From positions 417,557 through 481,556 of the forward strand of contig JAKMXF010000011.1 of assembly GCA_024704765.1 (NCBI GenBank): DNA of 64,000 nt, read 5' to 3'. This document shows positions 1 through 12,400 of this stretch, one piece after another (position 1 is the first letter of the stretch; every line of letters begins with the position of its first letter). The notes beneath the pieces were generated by a model. That model did no database searches. It was not told the origin of the DNA and worked only from the letters and a program-made list of their open reading frames with translations. A program made the translations under genes and the position numbers. Origin of the DNA: Oopsacas minuta (lineage: Eukaryota; Animalia; Porifera).

Positions 1-616
1 GCGTTTTCGTTAATAGACGTATTACACAACTTAGATATATCATTTACTACTGTATTGCACAGATGATTTTTCACCTTAATACGAACACCAAGCAACAAAA
101 TTACAAAACGATTTGACTCAAACATTAAAACAAATCATTTCCCATTTAAATTGCATCAAATCCACATCTCTGCAAGGAGTTCCCCAGGACATGTGGCACT
201 AAGGTCAATAGTCCCCTCTTTGGGTCAGATGTCCCACTAGGGCAAGGCGTCCCTGTACCAGTTGGATTTTCCCAAAAACAACCTAGATATTATATAATTT
301 TATAATGATAAATAATAATAACATACTAATAACAATAATTAATCGCATTACTTTCTAAAGTTCCTTTCTATAGTACTGTTGCGTGAGATTTTAACCTCAT
401 TAGTATTATTGGACCAGGGACAGTCTTTCACCGTGAGATTTTAACTCATCTATATTAAACGACTGTCAATTTTGCGGGATATTCGACCAGATCATTTCAA
501 TCACTAATTTGTCCTACTTGTACTCATCAGATTTACCCGAAATTAATATCATTTGGTGGAGGAGTGTTGGACGTTTTATAAAATATAATTTTCTTAAATA
601 TTGTAACTTTTACCTA

Positions 617-1947
617 CAGGGTGTTAAGAAATTGATGCCCTAATTATATTTGAGTAACAGTTTGAAATCAGCGGTATAGAAAGTGGTGATCACTTTCTAA
701 TATAACCGCCTTTACGTTTTATACATAATTTAACTCTATTACACATCCCAGATACTAAATTCTCCAAAATTTCTGGAGATATCCTCGACCAAGCCAGCTT
801 TACATGATTTTCCAGCATCAAAACGTTGGTTGGAGTAGGCATCATTTGAATATCATGTTTGACTATTGACCACAAATTTTCAATGGGATTGAGGTCCGGA
901 GAGTTACCTGGCCAAGTTTCCTTTGTCCAAAATTCGACTAAATTGTTATCACACCATTCTTGCGTTTTTTTGGCAGTGTGAGCCGGAGCACCATCCTGTT
1001 GAAAGATGGCTCGTGACATGTCTGGCAACATCTTGCGACGTAAAATACTCGCTTCTTCTGGTTGGCGCTGCATAGTAGACATCAATGACTTATTCAATAT
1101 CTCTCTTACATAATAATCCGCGTTAACAGTTTGACCTTTGGGGATGATATGGAGTTCTGACACTGCACGATATGACATCATACCCCAAACGAGGATTTTT
1201 GAGGGGAATTTCACGGTTTCAGTTGGTAAAACTTGAGACTGTTTGTAAGCCCAGACACGATCATTCTGATGGTTTAAGTGAGGATATAATTCGAAGGGAG
1301 ACTCATCTGAGAACAATACCCGGCGCCACTCTTCTTTTTTCCAGGATTTCCGATCTTTACAAAATTGAAGGCGAGCCATCCGCTGTTTTTCGGTGATTTT
1401 TGGCTGTTTTTGAGGTTTAAAGGGCTTGACAGAGAGTGTACTTCTTAAATATGTATGTACTGTTACATGAGACACTGGGCATCCCTTGGAGTGTAAGCGC
1501 TTAGCCAATCTCCGCGTTGATTGGTGTCTTTTGCAAATCGATTTTGCAATGACGATTTTAGCAATTTTTGTGATTGTGGATTTGCATCCACGTCCAGGCT
1601 TGTTTTCGAGGGAGCGACCTGACTTATTGCGGCTCAACCAACGTCGAATTGTTCGAATATTTACTCCTAAGCTCTGTGAAACCCGTATCTGAGTCATTCC
1701 TACTGCCCTGCTTCTTGTGGCGGAAGTAGCTTCTTTGACCATTATTATACGCTATAATTTGTACAATCGGGTTTGATAATATACAAAATAGAAATTGGCA
1801 TTCTGACTGAGAATGGTATACTAAAATTGTCTAAAACTGGTTGTTAAAATGAAATAAGAGTGGGTGTATTTCATAAGATTGAACACTGAAACTATGGTTA
1901 CATTATTGTGGATTAAGTGATTAGGGCATCAATTTCTTAACACCCTG
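617..1947 (-). mobile_element. Tc1/mariner-superfamily (ITm, DD37E) DNA transposon, intact copy
   Basis: Perfect 28-bp TIRs CAGGGTGTTAAGAAATTGATGCCCTAAT, TA flanks at 615-616 and 1948-1949, 1331 bp, uninterrupted transposase. Confidence 0.95.
690..1742 (-). CDS. Tc1-like DD37E transposase, 350 aa, apparently intact
   Basis: N-terminal HTH region, then FSDE...FQQDGAPAH...SPDLNPIENLW. Exactly 37 residues lie between the second D and the E. Confidence 0.95.
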   Translation of the reverse strand: MVKEATSATRSRAVGMTQIRVSQSLGVNIRTIRRWLSRNKSGRSLENKPGRGCKSTITKIAKIVIAKSICKRHQSTRRLAKRLHSKGCPVSHVTVHTYLRSTLSVKPFKPQKQPKITEKQRMARLQFCKDRKSWKKEEWRRVLFSDESPFELYPHLNHQNDRVWAYKQSQVLPTETVKFPSKILVWGMMSYRAVSELHIIPKGQTVNADYYVREILNKSLMSTMQRQPEEASILRRKMLPDMSRAIFQQDGAPAHTAKKTQEWCDNNLVEFWTKETWPGNSPDLNPIENLWSIVKHDIQMMPTPTNVLMLENHVKLAWSRISPEILENLVSGMCNRVKLCIKRKGGYIRK

Positions 1948-4193
1948 TATATATTTTTGTCATGACGAGTAGGGTCGCTTATCTATTAAAAAAGACGACC
2001 TGAAAGTGAGAATTCAAACCTGAAATTTGTGTCTATATTTGTGACCCATGGACGTTTATGTAAATTAAATTTCATCCAAAAATTCCTAAAACTCGAGGGG
2101 ATACAAGTATTCAAAGTTGAAGTCAAAGTTATATTGGATAGGGGTGAGTATCATTTTACAAAGAGTAGGGTCAGTTCAAATTGATATTTGATATCCCAAA
2201 TCGAAGTCAAACTATTATATTTTGATGACAATCGATAGCTGAGACATGGATATATATCATTTTGTCGCTATAATCATGAAATTCTGAAAGATACAGTCAC
2301 AATGGGGTTCTAAAAATGGCATAATTGTCGTTTTTATGTATTTTCGAAATTTCAATTTAGACTCAAATTTCAGAAATCATTCATTCCCAGAATCACCTGA
2401 AACTTTACAGGCTCCTTCTTTTATATTATATCATTCAATTTCCTTAAAAAAACAGGGATCGCTAGTACTTTTTTAATGAATGTTACAAGAATAATATTTT
2501 GTGAAAATATGTTTTTCCACTAGCCATCATTATTCACATTGTCTAGTACAATACTAGATTATCTCATAAGACTAATGAGCATGACTGTTATTTACGCATG
2601 GAGTAACACATGTTATAACTCTTTCTCTTGGTTCCCATTCTAATGTTGCTACAACAAACGAATAATCAAACCGCAAAATACTCATCTACTTTTGATATAT
2701 CTAATATTCTTAAGTCCAATCTCCATACTATGTATAAATTGACTACTTGTTCTAATTCTTTTAGTCTTTCGTCCCAGTTTAGTCATAACAATCACCACAA
2801 TTGTTATGAATAATTCTGCTTTCAATAAATGCCTTATTAAATATTGATTTAATTGTTTCTACATCTTTCCCTGCCAACGTATTAGCAGATAAGATGTAGA
2901 ATAATCTTGATCTCACTTTGGCAATTTATTTGATGCCCAGGAACAGAAAGGGAAATATTTGGTAACATGTCTTTATTAATACTTAGATTAGAACATCCTA
3001 TAGAATTCAGATGGTTCTGTGGCGTATTTGTAATAAAACTATTAAATACCATTTTTATTTTATTCTTTGATGAATTAATATAACTTAATTTGCTCTTTTT
3101 CCTTTTGGACCACTTCCTCACTTTCCACAACATTTTTTTATTTTTCGTTTAAATGCTTCACTTGCTAATTTTGTAAAAGCAAATTTGAATGCAGTAATTC
3201 TGTCATCTATATTAACGTAATTGAACGCGGCCTTTAGCCTAGTTTCGTATTTCAAAATATTATGTTTTATTAACCTAAACCAATTCTACCCTAGCGTTAC
3301 TATCTCTTACAGTAATGTCTTTGTCACTACATACTCTAAACAAAATATTTCAGAAAGACTGAAGTATGATTCAATAAGGATGAGGTAGATAAATGATTAT
3401 TTGTCAATATGTATATTTCATTGTGATGGATAAAATACAAAATGTAATTCGGAATTTCAGTATTTTGCGGTTTGATTATTCGTTTGTTGTAGCAACATTA
3501 GAATGGGAACCAAGAGAAAGAGTTATAACATGTGTTACTCCATGCGTAAATAACAGTCATGCTCATTAGTCTTATGAGATAATCTAGTATTGTACTAGAC
3601 AATGTGAATAATGATGGCTAGTGGAAAAACATATTTTCACAAAATATTATTCTTGTAACATTCATTAAAAAAGTACTAGCGATCCCTGTTTTTTTAAGGA
3701 AATTGAATGATATAATATAAAAGAAGGAGCCTGTAAAGTTTCAGGTGATTCTGGGAATGAATGATTTCTGAAATTTGAGTCTAAATTGAAATTTCGAAAA
3801 TACATAAAAACGACAATTATGCCATTTTTAGAACCCCATTGTGACTGTATCTTTCAGAATTTCATGATTATAGCGACAAAATGATATATATCCATGTCTC
3901 AGCTATCGATTGTCATCAAAATATAATAGTTTGACTTCGATTTGGGATATCAAATATCAATTTGAACTGACCCTACTCTTTGTAAAATGATACTCACCCC
4001 TATCCAATATAACTTTGACTTCAACTTTGAATACTTGTATCCCCTCGAGTTTTAGGAATTTTTGGATGAAATTTAATTTACATAAACGTCCATGGGTCAC
4101 AAATATAGACACAAATTTCAGGTTTGAATTCTCACTTTCAGGTCGTCTTTTTTAATAGATAAGCGACCCTACTCGTCATGACAAAAATATATA

Positions 4194-5523
4194 CAGGGTG
4201 TTAAGAAATTGATGCCCTAATCACTTAATCCACAATAATGTAACCATAGTTTCAGTGTTCAATCTTATGAAATACACCCACTCTTATTTCATTTTAACAA
4301 CCAGTTTTAGACAATTTTAGTATACCATTCTCAGTCAGAATGCCAATTTCTATTTTGTATATTATCAAACCCGATTGTACAAATTATAGCGTATAATAAT
4401 GGTCAAAGAAGCTACTTCCGCCACAAGAAGCAGGGCAGTAGGAATGACTCAGATACGGGTTTCACAGAGCTTAGGAGTAAATATTCGAACAATTCGACGT
4501 TGGTTGAGCCGCAATAAGTCAGGTCGCTCCCTCGAAAACAAGCCTGGACGTGGACGCAAATCCACAATCACAAAAATTGCTAAAATCGTCATTGCAAAAT
4601 CGATTTGCAAAAGACACCAATCAACGCGGAGATTGGCTAAGCGCTTACACTCCAAGGGATGCCCAGTGTCTCATGTAACAGTACATACATATTTAAGAAG
4701 TACACTCTCTGTCAAGCCCTTTAAACCTCAAAAACAGCCAAAAATCACCGAAAAACAGCGGATGGCTCGCCTTCAATTTTGTAAAGATCGGAAATCCTGG
4801 AAAAAAGAAGAGTGGCGCCGGGTATTGTTCTCAGATGAGTCTCCCTTCGAATTATATCCTCACTTAAACCATCAGAATGATCGTGTCTGGGCTTACAAAC
4901 AGTCTCAAGTTTTACCAACTGAAACCGTGAAATTCCCCTCAAAATCCTCGTTTGGGGTATGATGTCATATCGTGCAGTGTCAGAACTCCATATCATCCCC
5001 AAAGGTCAAACTGTTAACGCGGATCATTATGTAAGAGAGATATTGAATAAGTCATTGATGTCTACTATGCAGCGCCAACCAGAAGAAGCGAGTATTTTAC
5101 GTCGCAAGATGTTGCCAGACATGTCACGAGCCATCTTTCAACAGGATGGTGCTCCGGCTCACACTGCCAAAAAAACGCAAGAATGGTGTGATAACAATTT
5201 AGTCGAATTTTGGACAAAGGAAACTTGGCCAGGTAACTCTCCGGACCTCAATCCCATTGAAAATTTGTGGTCAATAGTCAAACATGATATTCAAATGATG
5301 CCTACTCCAACCAACGTTTTGATGCTGGAAAATCATGTAAAGCTGGCTTGGTCGAGGATATCTCCAGAAATTTTGGAGAATTTAGTATCTGGGATGTGTA
5401 ATAGAGTTAAATTATGTATAAAACGTAAAGGCGGTTATATTGGAAAGTGATCACCACTTTCTATACCGCTGATTTCAAACTGTTACTCAAATATAATTAG
5501 GGCATCAATTTCTTAACACCCTG
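4194..5523 (+). mobile_element. Mirror copy of the DD37E Tc1 element, same insertion site
   Basis: Same 28-bp TIRs, TA flanks and flanking sequence as 617-1947. It is 1330 bp, one base shorter. Confidence 0.95.
4399..5450 (+). pseudogene. Frameshifted DD37E transposase
   Basis: ORFs 4399-4962 and 4959-5450 are split by a 1-nt loss in the A-run at ~4941 (AAAA vs AAAAA in the left copy). There are also C53R, Y-to-H and R-to-G differences relative to the left copy. Confidence 0.9.
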
Positions 5524-5687
5524 TAGGTAAAAGTTACAATATTTAAGAAAATTATATTTTATAAAACGTCCAACACTCCTCCACCAAATGATATTAATTT
5601 CGGGTAAATCTGATGAGTACAAGTAGGACAAATTAGTGATTGAAATGATCTGGTCGAATATCCCGCAAAATTGACAGTCGTTTAATA

Positions 5688-7014
5688 CGAGGGTAGTCCA
5701 AAAAGTTTTTAGAATCTATATGAAAGAATAGTAGGAAATGGATTATTTTTTTATTGTTTTGAGAAGTATATACCAGATGACTGTATGCATAAATCCATCC
5801 TTCTAAACCAACTTTCAAAACAATTTTCCCAGTCTTCTTTGGTTAGGTCTTGGAGGGGCCTCATTATAAGCCAGTCTTGCCTCTTCTGTACTATTGAAAT
5901 GAACCCCTTTGATCGTCTTTTTAGTTTAGGGAAAAGAAAGTCGCTTGGCCTCAAATCTGGGGAATATACTGGATGGGGTATCAATTTTCTGCCATTTTCT
6001 GCAAAGAAATCCATTGTCAAAGCTGCCTTGTGTGCACTTGCATTGTTATGGTGCCATTGAAGTGAGGTGGGGTAGGCTTTAGGATGTAAAATGCTCCACT
6101 TTTCTATCACCTGAGGCATGCAAATGTTGACATACCAACTCGCAGTTACAGTCTTTTGCTCTGTAAGGGGAATAGTAGCAACATGTCCCCTTTTAGAGAT
6201 GAAACTGGCGACCATTAGCTTGTTGCCATTTTGTGCACTTTTCAATTTTTGAGGGGGATCATCATCAGGAAAAAGGCAAACTGAGGATTGTTGCATCTTC
6301 TCTGGGTCATATTGGTAAATCCAAGTCTCATGTCTCGTAATTAATGTATTCAATAGCTTTGAACGACCATGATCGAATTTTCTGATCATAAATTTGCACC
6401 AATCCACTCGAGTTGTCATTTGTTCTTCAGAAAGTTTATGTAGAATCCAACGTGCAGCCACTTTCCTCACCAAGAGATGTTCATGAAATATGGTATGGAG
6501 GCTTCCTCTGCTGATGTCTAAATGCCTCATTATTTCGTCTATTATGATTCGACGCTCATTTTTGATTATTTTCTTAACTTTCTGGATATTTTCTGGGTTA
6601 ACCGCATCTGCAGGACGTCCTGATCGCATCTCATCACTTAAAGTATTTCGTCCACGGTTAAATTCACCGTACCAGTTGTACACTGTAGCCAAAGATGGTG
6701 ATTTTTCTCCAGATGTGTCCTGAAGTTGAATATGTGATTCTTTAGGCCTGAGTTTTCTCATAAAGTCATAAAAAATCATTGCGCGAAAGTCCCTCCTTTC
6801 CAAATGTAAATCCATGAGAAATAATTAGGTACGAATTTAAAATTAGAGCCAAGTGCTGACTATATAAGTAGCTGTCAAAAAAGTAATAAAAGATAAAAAG
6901 CTTACATATTTAAACTAGAGTAGTTATAAATAATGTACTATAGATATAAGACGTATTAGTGTGCAAGAAATGAAGTTACAGCATTCATTCTAAAAACTTT
7001 TTGAACGACCCTCG
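5688..7014 (-). mobile_element. mariner (DD34D-type) element inserted in the right arm only
   Basis: 28-bp TIRs CGAGGGT(A/C)GT(C/T)CAAAAAGTTTTTAGAAT with 2 mismatches and a TA duplication (5686-87, 7015-16). The left arm (~451-460) shows the empty site with a single TA. Confidence 0.93.
5751..6815 (-). pseudogene. Degenerate mariner transposase (open 354-aa frame, catalytically dead)
   Basis: RSGRP, ARWI(L/P) and YSPDLxPSD motifs are present. The first D is H (TRHETW), the second D is N (HHNNA), and the N-34-D spacing is kept. About 22 codons are out of frame between compensating indels at ~5920 and ~5856. Confidence 0.85.
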
Positions 7015-7931
7015 TATAGATGAGTTAGAATCTCACGGTGAAAGACTGTCCCTGGTCCAATAATACTAATGAGTTAAAATCTCACGCAACACCACTACTA
7101 TTACCTATTTCAAATAAATTGGTTTCAAGGGGCTGTTCAAACGTTATGTGACGCTTCAAGGGGAAGGGGGGTGATATGTAAAGAGTTACAGCCCTATCCT
7201 TTTTGTATTACACAATGGTCAAAATGCGTTACGTCAACAGTATAATGAAATATCACTTGTATTTTCTAGGTAGGGATACTGGTATTCTCTACATACAACC
7301 CGAACCCGAGGACCCCTGACCCTAGTGCAACAAGTGCGGGGGGGACGGGTTTTAGTCAAAACCCTGAATATCCCGTTCCGTTCCGGGTTTTAGTAACAAC
7401 CTGTATCTTATTCAACCAAAGATTCTAACCTCTCTGTATGTCATATGAATGATAATTACTTATTTAATGGCCTATCTTACCCTGCTTTCCTTTATTTTCG
7501 AAGTAATATAAACCTTTATTTATTTTCTCTATCTATTAATAGATTTTGTCGCTAATCTCGCACAATGATGATTTCCTCAACAAACTTCATCTCGAATTCC
7601 CGAATCTGAAATTGACTCTACTGTGTCTTCTACTATTTCAGAACATAAGCGATTTGATCTTAGCTTATTCTAAAGGACAAATTGGTAAAGGTTATAGCAT
7701 CGGATCTAGCAGAGTCCCTTCAGAGACTGTTGATAATAGAAAGAAGGAATTGTTTCGTAAATGAAACTGGCTAGAGAACTCCCAAAAAGAATTTCCGTAA
7801 TTATTCTACCTCTATAGAACCTTAGAACTCCAAAGGCCAGTGGACGAAGAATAGATTCTAGACCTGAGCATATTTTGCCGAGAACTAGAGTATTCATGAA
7901 GAAGCTGCCATTATCTAAATAGAATTTTATA

Positions 7932-8402
7932 CAGTCGACTCCGGTTAATCGGACCACTTTTGTCCAGAGTAAAGTGGTCCGATTATCCGGAGTGTCCGAT
8001 TAACTGAAAAATCTTATTATCAATAATTTATTGCTAGATAAATATTTCTAGTCAATGGTAATCCTATTGCTAATTGAAAAAAGAAGTAATTGATTATTGC
8101 TTAAGTGATCTTTCAGCATTTAGGTGAATTTTGTCAGCACAATCATCAATTTTAGTTCTGTCGAACCCTTGCTCAATAAAATATCTTTGTAGAAGTGTCA
8201 AATCAGTTCTTTGGGCCATAAAATAATAATATAATCTAAATTATATACAAACCTAATCAAATTTTTGATGAATATATTGACTTCAAAAAAATAATGGTCC
8301 GATTAACCGATGTTTTGGTCCGATTAACCGAAAAATGTTAAATATTAATCCTGGATTAGATTCCGTCCAGGAGAAAATGGTCCGATTAACCGGAGTCGAC
8401 TG
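7932..8402. mobile_element. pogo/Tigger-like non-autonomous element (MITE), 471 bp
   Basis: Perfect 25-bp TIRs CAGTCGACTCCGGTTAATCGGACCA, TA flanks and subterminal GTCCGATTAAC repeats. Confidence 0.85.
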
Positions 8403-9039
8403 TACTAAGAGGGGCCCGAACGGTTCCGACTTCCAGGTCAATTTCAATGATACTATAGCCATTTCCTGCCAGGACATTCTCCACATTATGTATCTATATT
8501 ATTGTAGAAGAGCACAAGATCTAATGTTTAGCTTGAGATTCTAAAGCAGAATCCTTTAGAATATTGATGTTGATGTAATATGTGTATAACTTTATAGTAT
8601 TATGACATGAATAGACTGCATATAACTTTCAAACTTAGCGGCATCGAATAAAAAGTCACTCGATATGGTTGGGTATACATATATCATACTACTAGAAATT
8701 TTAAGCTGAACACGAATATAACCGTAAAAAAGTTGATCTGCAACCATTTGGATTAGCAAGCATACATTGTCATTTGACAACACCAACGATTTCGAAACCC
8801 AACTAATATTGATAAAAGCTGACAATGGACGACATGGCATATCTAGAACACAATAGCTCTGCTTTAAGTGAAATTACTGGACATTGGGAGTCAATCCTTT
8901 TACGCCTGGACGAAAAGTAAGATCCCTGGAGTGTTGGCAGGTATGCATATGTATTCACTTACTCTAGGTGTCGGAATAGACGGGGGGTTGAAATATATAT
9001 ACGAGAAACTTGAAAATGCGAAATTCTGTTTCAGAGTAG

Positions 9040-9290
9040 AGTACTTTGTACCCCATTGTAGCAGTTAAGAGCAAGTCTCTACCTATATTTGAAGATTTCA
9101 ACTATTTGTTTTTACTTTATATTCATAAGAAACAAATAAATACATTTACATATGATTAATTCAGAAGTGTGAAAATCGGATTCTGCATATTCGATATATT
9201 TATTCAAGTTTTATTGAATTCTGTTTATTCTCTTGATAAACACGATAAATAAGTACATAGTATGCGACTTCTCAGAATTGAGAAATTCGA
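9040..9290 (-). repeat. Old dispersed repeat, with homologous copies at ~37084-37235 and ~40381-40560 (+)
   Basis: Shared blocks such as ATTAATCATATGTAAAT, TTTATCGTGTTTATCAAG and AATTCAATAAAACTT appear in reverse complement. Boundaries are approximate. A Helitron-like end (GCGAAGCGCGCTCGTAG, ~40795-40812) lies downstream of one copy. Confidence 0.6.
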
Positions 9291-9459
9291 ATTCGATACA
9301 ACATTCCATTAATCTTTTCCTTAACAACGAACAAACAAACAGACAAATAACAATAGCAATTTAATAATATAGATTTAATTTTAATAAACTTATGGATATA
9401 ATATACATTTTCAATTTCTCTAGTGATATTGTTTATCTATACAAATTAGATTTGATAAC

Positions 9460-12400
9460 ATGAATACTAAAGTAACCGTTGAAGAATCACTTACATTTTT
9501 TTGTAAAGGACTTTGTGGGACACCAAATTGTGATTGTGAATTTAGTGAGGAATTAGATTTCTTTATGCACACAAACAAAGATGACCCTGATAGTCTGACT
9601 GTTTCAGATTCAATATTTTGTAAGAGGTGTATGCACCTGTTCTCTTCAGGAGAAATAGTAGCCAAACATAGTTGTAAGCCTCTGTATCAAATTGAACAAA
9701 CAGTTCCTATGAGTAAGCCTATTTATAACAATGATATTTCAATTAGAGACGAGTCAAGCAGTTCATCTGGAGATCACTCAGTATTAACGCTAGAATCTGA
9801 AAGTGATTCAGTAGCTAATGTACCTATTGGTGCTAAGCCTATTTCTTGTGAAGTAACATCTGCAGCTCAAGGTTCTGGTGGTCAGGATATTGTTGGAATA
9901 TTTTGGGATATTGAAAATATATTCATTCCTGATAATAAAAGCCCAGCAGGCGTAGTTCGTGTGTTAAGAGAATTGTTTGTAATTAACAAAAGAGAAGTTG
10001 AGTTTCAGTGTGTTTGTGACACACACAAAGAGGAACGTTTTATTATAGACCAGCTCAACTCTTCTCTTGTTACTGTTGTGCATGTGACTTGTACAAATAA
10101 AAACGCCGCTGATGAGAAGCTCAAACAATTATTGGTTAAATTCTCACAAACATACCAAGCACCAGCAACAGTTGTCCTACTAACTGGAGACGTTAACTTC
10201 TCTCCAACGCTCAACTCACTTAAGAATTTTCATAAGTTCCATGTAGTGCTAGTGCATAACAAACAGTGTTCACAAGCACTCAAGGAAACTGCCTCCGAGC
10301 TCCACCTAATAGATGATCTAATTCTAGACGTGCTTCCGCCAGGGAATCGTAGCTTTATACACTCGTCCTTTATAGTTGTGTCTGGTCTGCCTGTTTGGTT
10401 GGTGAATGCTAAACAGATGCGTAACGAACTCGGGAAGCTTTGTGACAATACTGGGGGTAAAGTTGTAAACATGGAGGGTGATAGAGCTTTGATTCGCTTT
10501 CAGCAACCAGAGAACGCTGCACGTTGTCAGAGGCGACTTAACAATCTTTCTTTGTTGGGGGTAAATATTACCGCTCGATTAACCGCTGATGAACCATTTG
10601 CAACTGCGGTTATCCGACCTAATTTTTGCAAAATGGGGAATAGATTTCCCCGGCCCCTAGTTAACCAAGCCCCTCGTGTTGTTGTCCATAATTCATATCC
10701 ACATCCTCACGTACCTAGACATAGGTATCCCCAATCACGAGTTGAGCCTCTCAAGTATTGGTTGAAATTTTATCCAAAAATCAATAGTTCTAGTTTTGAG
10801 GTTATAACCCGTCAACATATTGAAACTTGTCTAGAGAGTTTAAGAGATATTCTTATTGTAGACTCCCTACCACTAATAGACTCTATTGCTGTTTATGTAC
10901 AGACTAACTTACAAGCTGAACTGTTAATTGAGAGCATAGACCATGGGAAGTTTGATATGGAGAAGATTCAGCCTTTTAATGGAAATATTCAAAATTTGTA
11001 TTTTCAGAATTTTATCGCTGATGCTTATCTCGTGTTATCGCATTCAAAGTCTGGTTGGATGTTTGTACGCGATTTCAATAAAGGATATCATAGATTGAAG
11101 AAAGAATTTTGTCATGAAGATTACTTAGATAGAATATTGTCTACGAGTAGTAAAATTGTTTGTGGATTTAGAGATCAAGATTCTTACGATTTGTCCATTT
11201 TAGCTAATGAGGATTGTAATCCTTTATTAAATTTTTCTTTTCCTTCTAATTTCAGTGATTTCGAACTTCGCTTAAAGGTCAATCAATTGTTACGATTGCC
11301 TCAATTTAATGGGAAGATGCATTACTTTGATCTTCTCCCTACATTTAGAAGTACCTATGGTAATCATTATTTTAAGCTTTATTCTGGAGGCTCAAATGTC
11401 ATGTCTATCCTAAACAATTTACCGGATATTACAATCCTTCATGAATCGAAAACAGGTGTATGCCGTAACTACCTTAGGTTAGTACGGTCTAAACCTACTC
11501 CCAAGGAGATGTTTGCTTTCAATGAACAGATAGTTAAGCATATTTTGATAGAAAAATCCCAGTCAATTCCCTTTGAGCTTATGCGAGAGTTGTGCGGGAA
11601 TTATTTTCATCTTAAACTGAATTCATCTTTGACTGGATTAAAAGAATATGATGAAATACTGAATACTGTTGAAGGCTTAATTTCGCAGTTAAATGTAGCA
11701 CCGAAAATAAATTGTAAATTCGCTGACACCATATTATGTCTAAAGCAAAATGTATGGGAGTTAGTATGTTACTCTGGTTCATCAGGAATGTCATTGGAAT
11801 TATTGGAAAAAATTTATTTTCAGAAAACAGGGCAAAGAATTTCAATAAAAGCTTTCCCCTTAAGTTCGAGTGCAGATCTTCTTGCTTGTATCCCAGGTCT
11901 GAAATTATTTTCTAAGCAAGGAAATATGTTTGTATGTTTCAACGAAAATTATTTTCCTGAGTTGCATGCAAGCCAGTGTATGTTTCTGATAAATGCATCT
12001 CCCTCCCAGAATTGTTCAAACAGTGAATTTAGGTCACAATACCAACAATTATATGAAAACCCTATTAGGTTCTCATTAGAAACTATCCCTCAGATCTATA
12101 TACACTGTAAAGATAACACTGTTTCTCGGATACATATGTCTATCCGCTATTTAGCAATTGAGATATGTCATTTCCTCTATCAACAGTCTAATTATTCAAT
12201 TTCTCTACTGGATTTCAATGCTGGGTATCAATATTATTATAATAAACCATTAATTCCATCTGTTTTTGGATTTCAGAGTAATATCGAATTATTCAACAGG
12301 TTAGAGGATTATATAGTTATCGAAAAAGAGAGTCTATGTTTACTGAAGCATCGTGTGTTTGCAATTGAAATTTGTCAGGTCTTTAGGAAGCTCACTCATC

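Larger units (their letters stand above)
377..2682. repeat. Left arm of a ~2.3-kb inverted duplication (palindrome with a 776-bp spacer, 2683-3458)
   Basis: 377-2682 is the reverse complement of 3459-7091 once the mariner at 5688-7014 and one TA are removed (2306 vs 2304 bp). The outer ends read TGTTGCGTGAG...CTCACGCAACA. Confidence 0.95.
3459..7091. repeat. Right arm of the inverted duplication, interrupted by a mariner insertion
   Basis: Reverse complement of 377-2682. After the mariner it resumes at 7015 (TATAGATGAGTTAG...) and ends at CTCACGCAACA 7091. Confidence 0.95.

Noticed and set aside
373-376. TSD for the giant inverted repeat
   Set aside because: The flanks GTAC/CCAC and longer windows do not match, so it is not called a bona fide transposon.
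2683-3458. Palindrome spacer as a transposase gene (ORF 2882-3133)
   Set aside because: Every frame I read has multiple stops and no recognisable motif.
7280-7401. CCGTT repeats and GGGTTTTAGTAACAACC as a transposon end
   Set aside because: No partner terminus or TSD found in the window.
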